DNA of 64,000 nt from assembly GCA_043228905.1 (NCBI GenBank), contig JBHGNT010000017.1:7316001-7380000 (forward strand). The letters run 5' to 3'. Positions 63,906-64,000 of this stretch are shown piece after piece. The stretch is from Azolla caroliniana. Its lineage: Eukaryota; Plantae; Polypodiophyta. The position numbers and the translations under genes are program-made. Below the pieces are notes generated by a model, which made no database searches, was not told the origin of the DNA, and saw only the letters and a program-made list of their open reading frames with translations. Each line of letters starts with the position of its first letter. The stretch's first letter is position 1.

Positions 63906-64000
63906 CAAAAAAGAGATTAGTGTTGGAGAGGGAGAGTGAGGGAGAGAGTGACCTCTTCTCAAGGGAGGTCGTCTGTTCGGGCGTGACAAAAGTGTTGTTG

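Overview
Eukaryotic, repeat-dense land-plant DNA, probably from a non-seed plant such as a fern (inferred from the Tcn1-like chromovirus). Most of the window is decayed or nested LTR retrotransposons: several Ty1/copia elements, one young Ty3 chromovirus, a Tat/Ogre-like 5' end and several solo LTRs. It also holds LINE remnants, a hAT-type MITE and tandem repeats. Two intact 4-exon paralogs of a small Pro-rich membrane protein ('RPL18a-like' family) lie in a local duplication (6894-7964 and 40668-41732, minus strand). The most unusual region is ~17.4-23.1 kb. There a spliced, now pseudogenised gene encodes a ParB/Srx-like domain plus a bacterial-type beta-class N6A/N4C DNA methyltransferase. 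It lies head-to-head with a DGMDQ-type DNA transposase, and its first intron holds a regularly spaced array of 41-bp palindromes. Other points of note are a predicted self-priming PBS and a tRNA-like segment in the chromovirus LTR, up to six-deep element nesting, and a captured DnaJ 5' fragment. All calls were made by eye; no database search was run.
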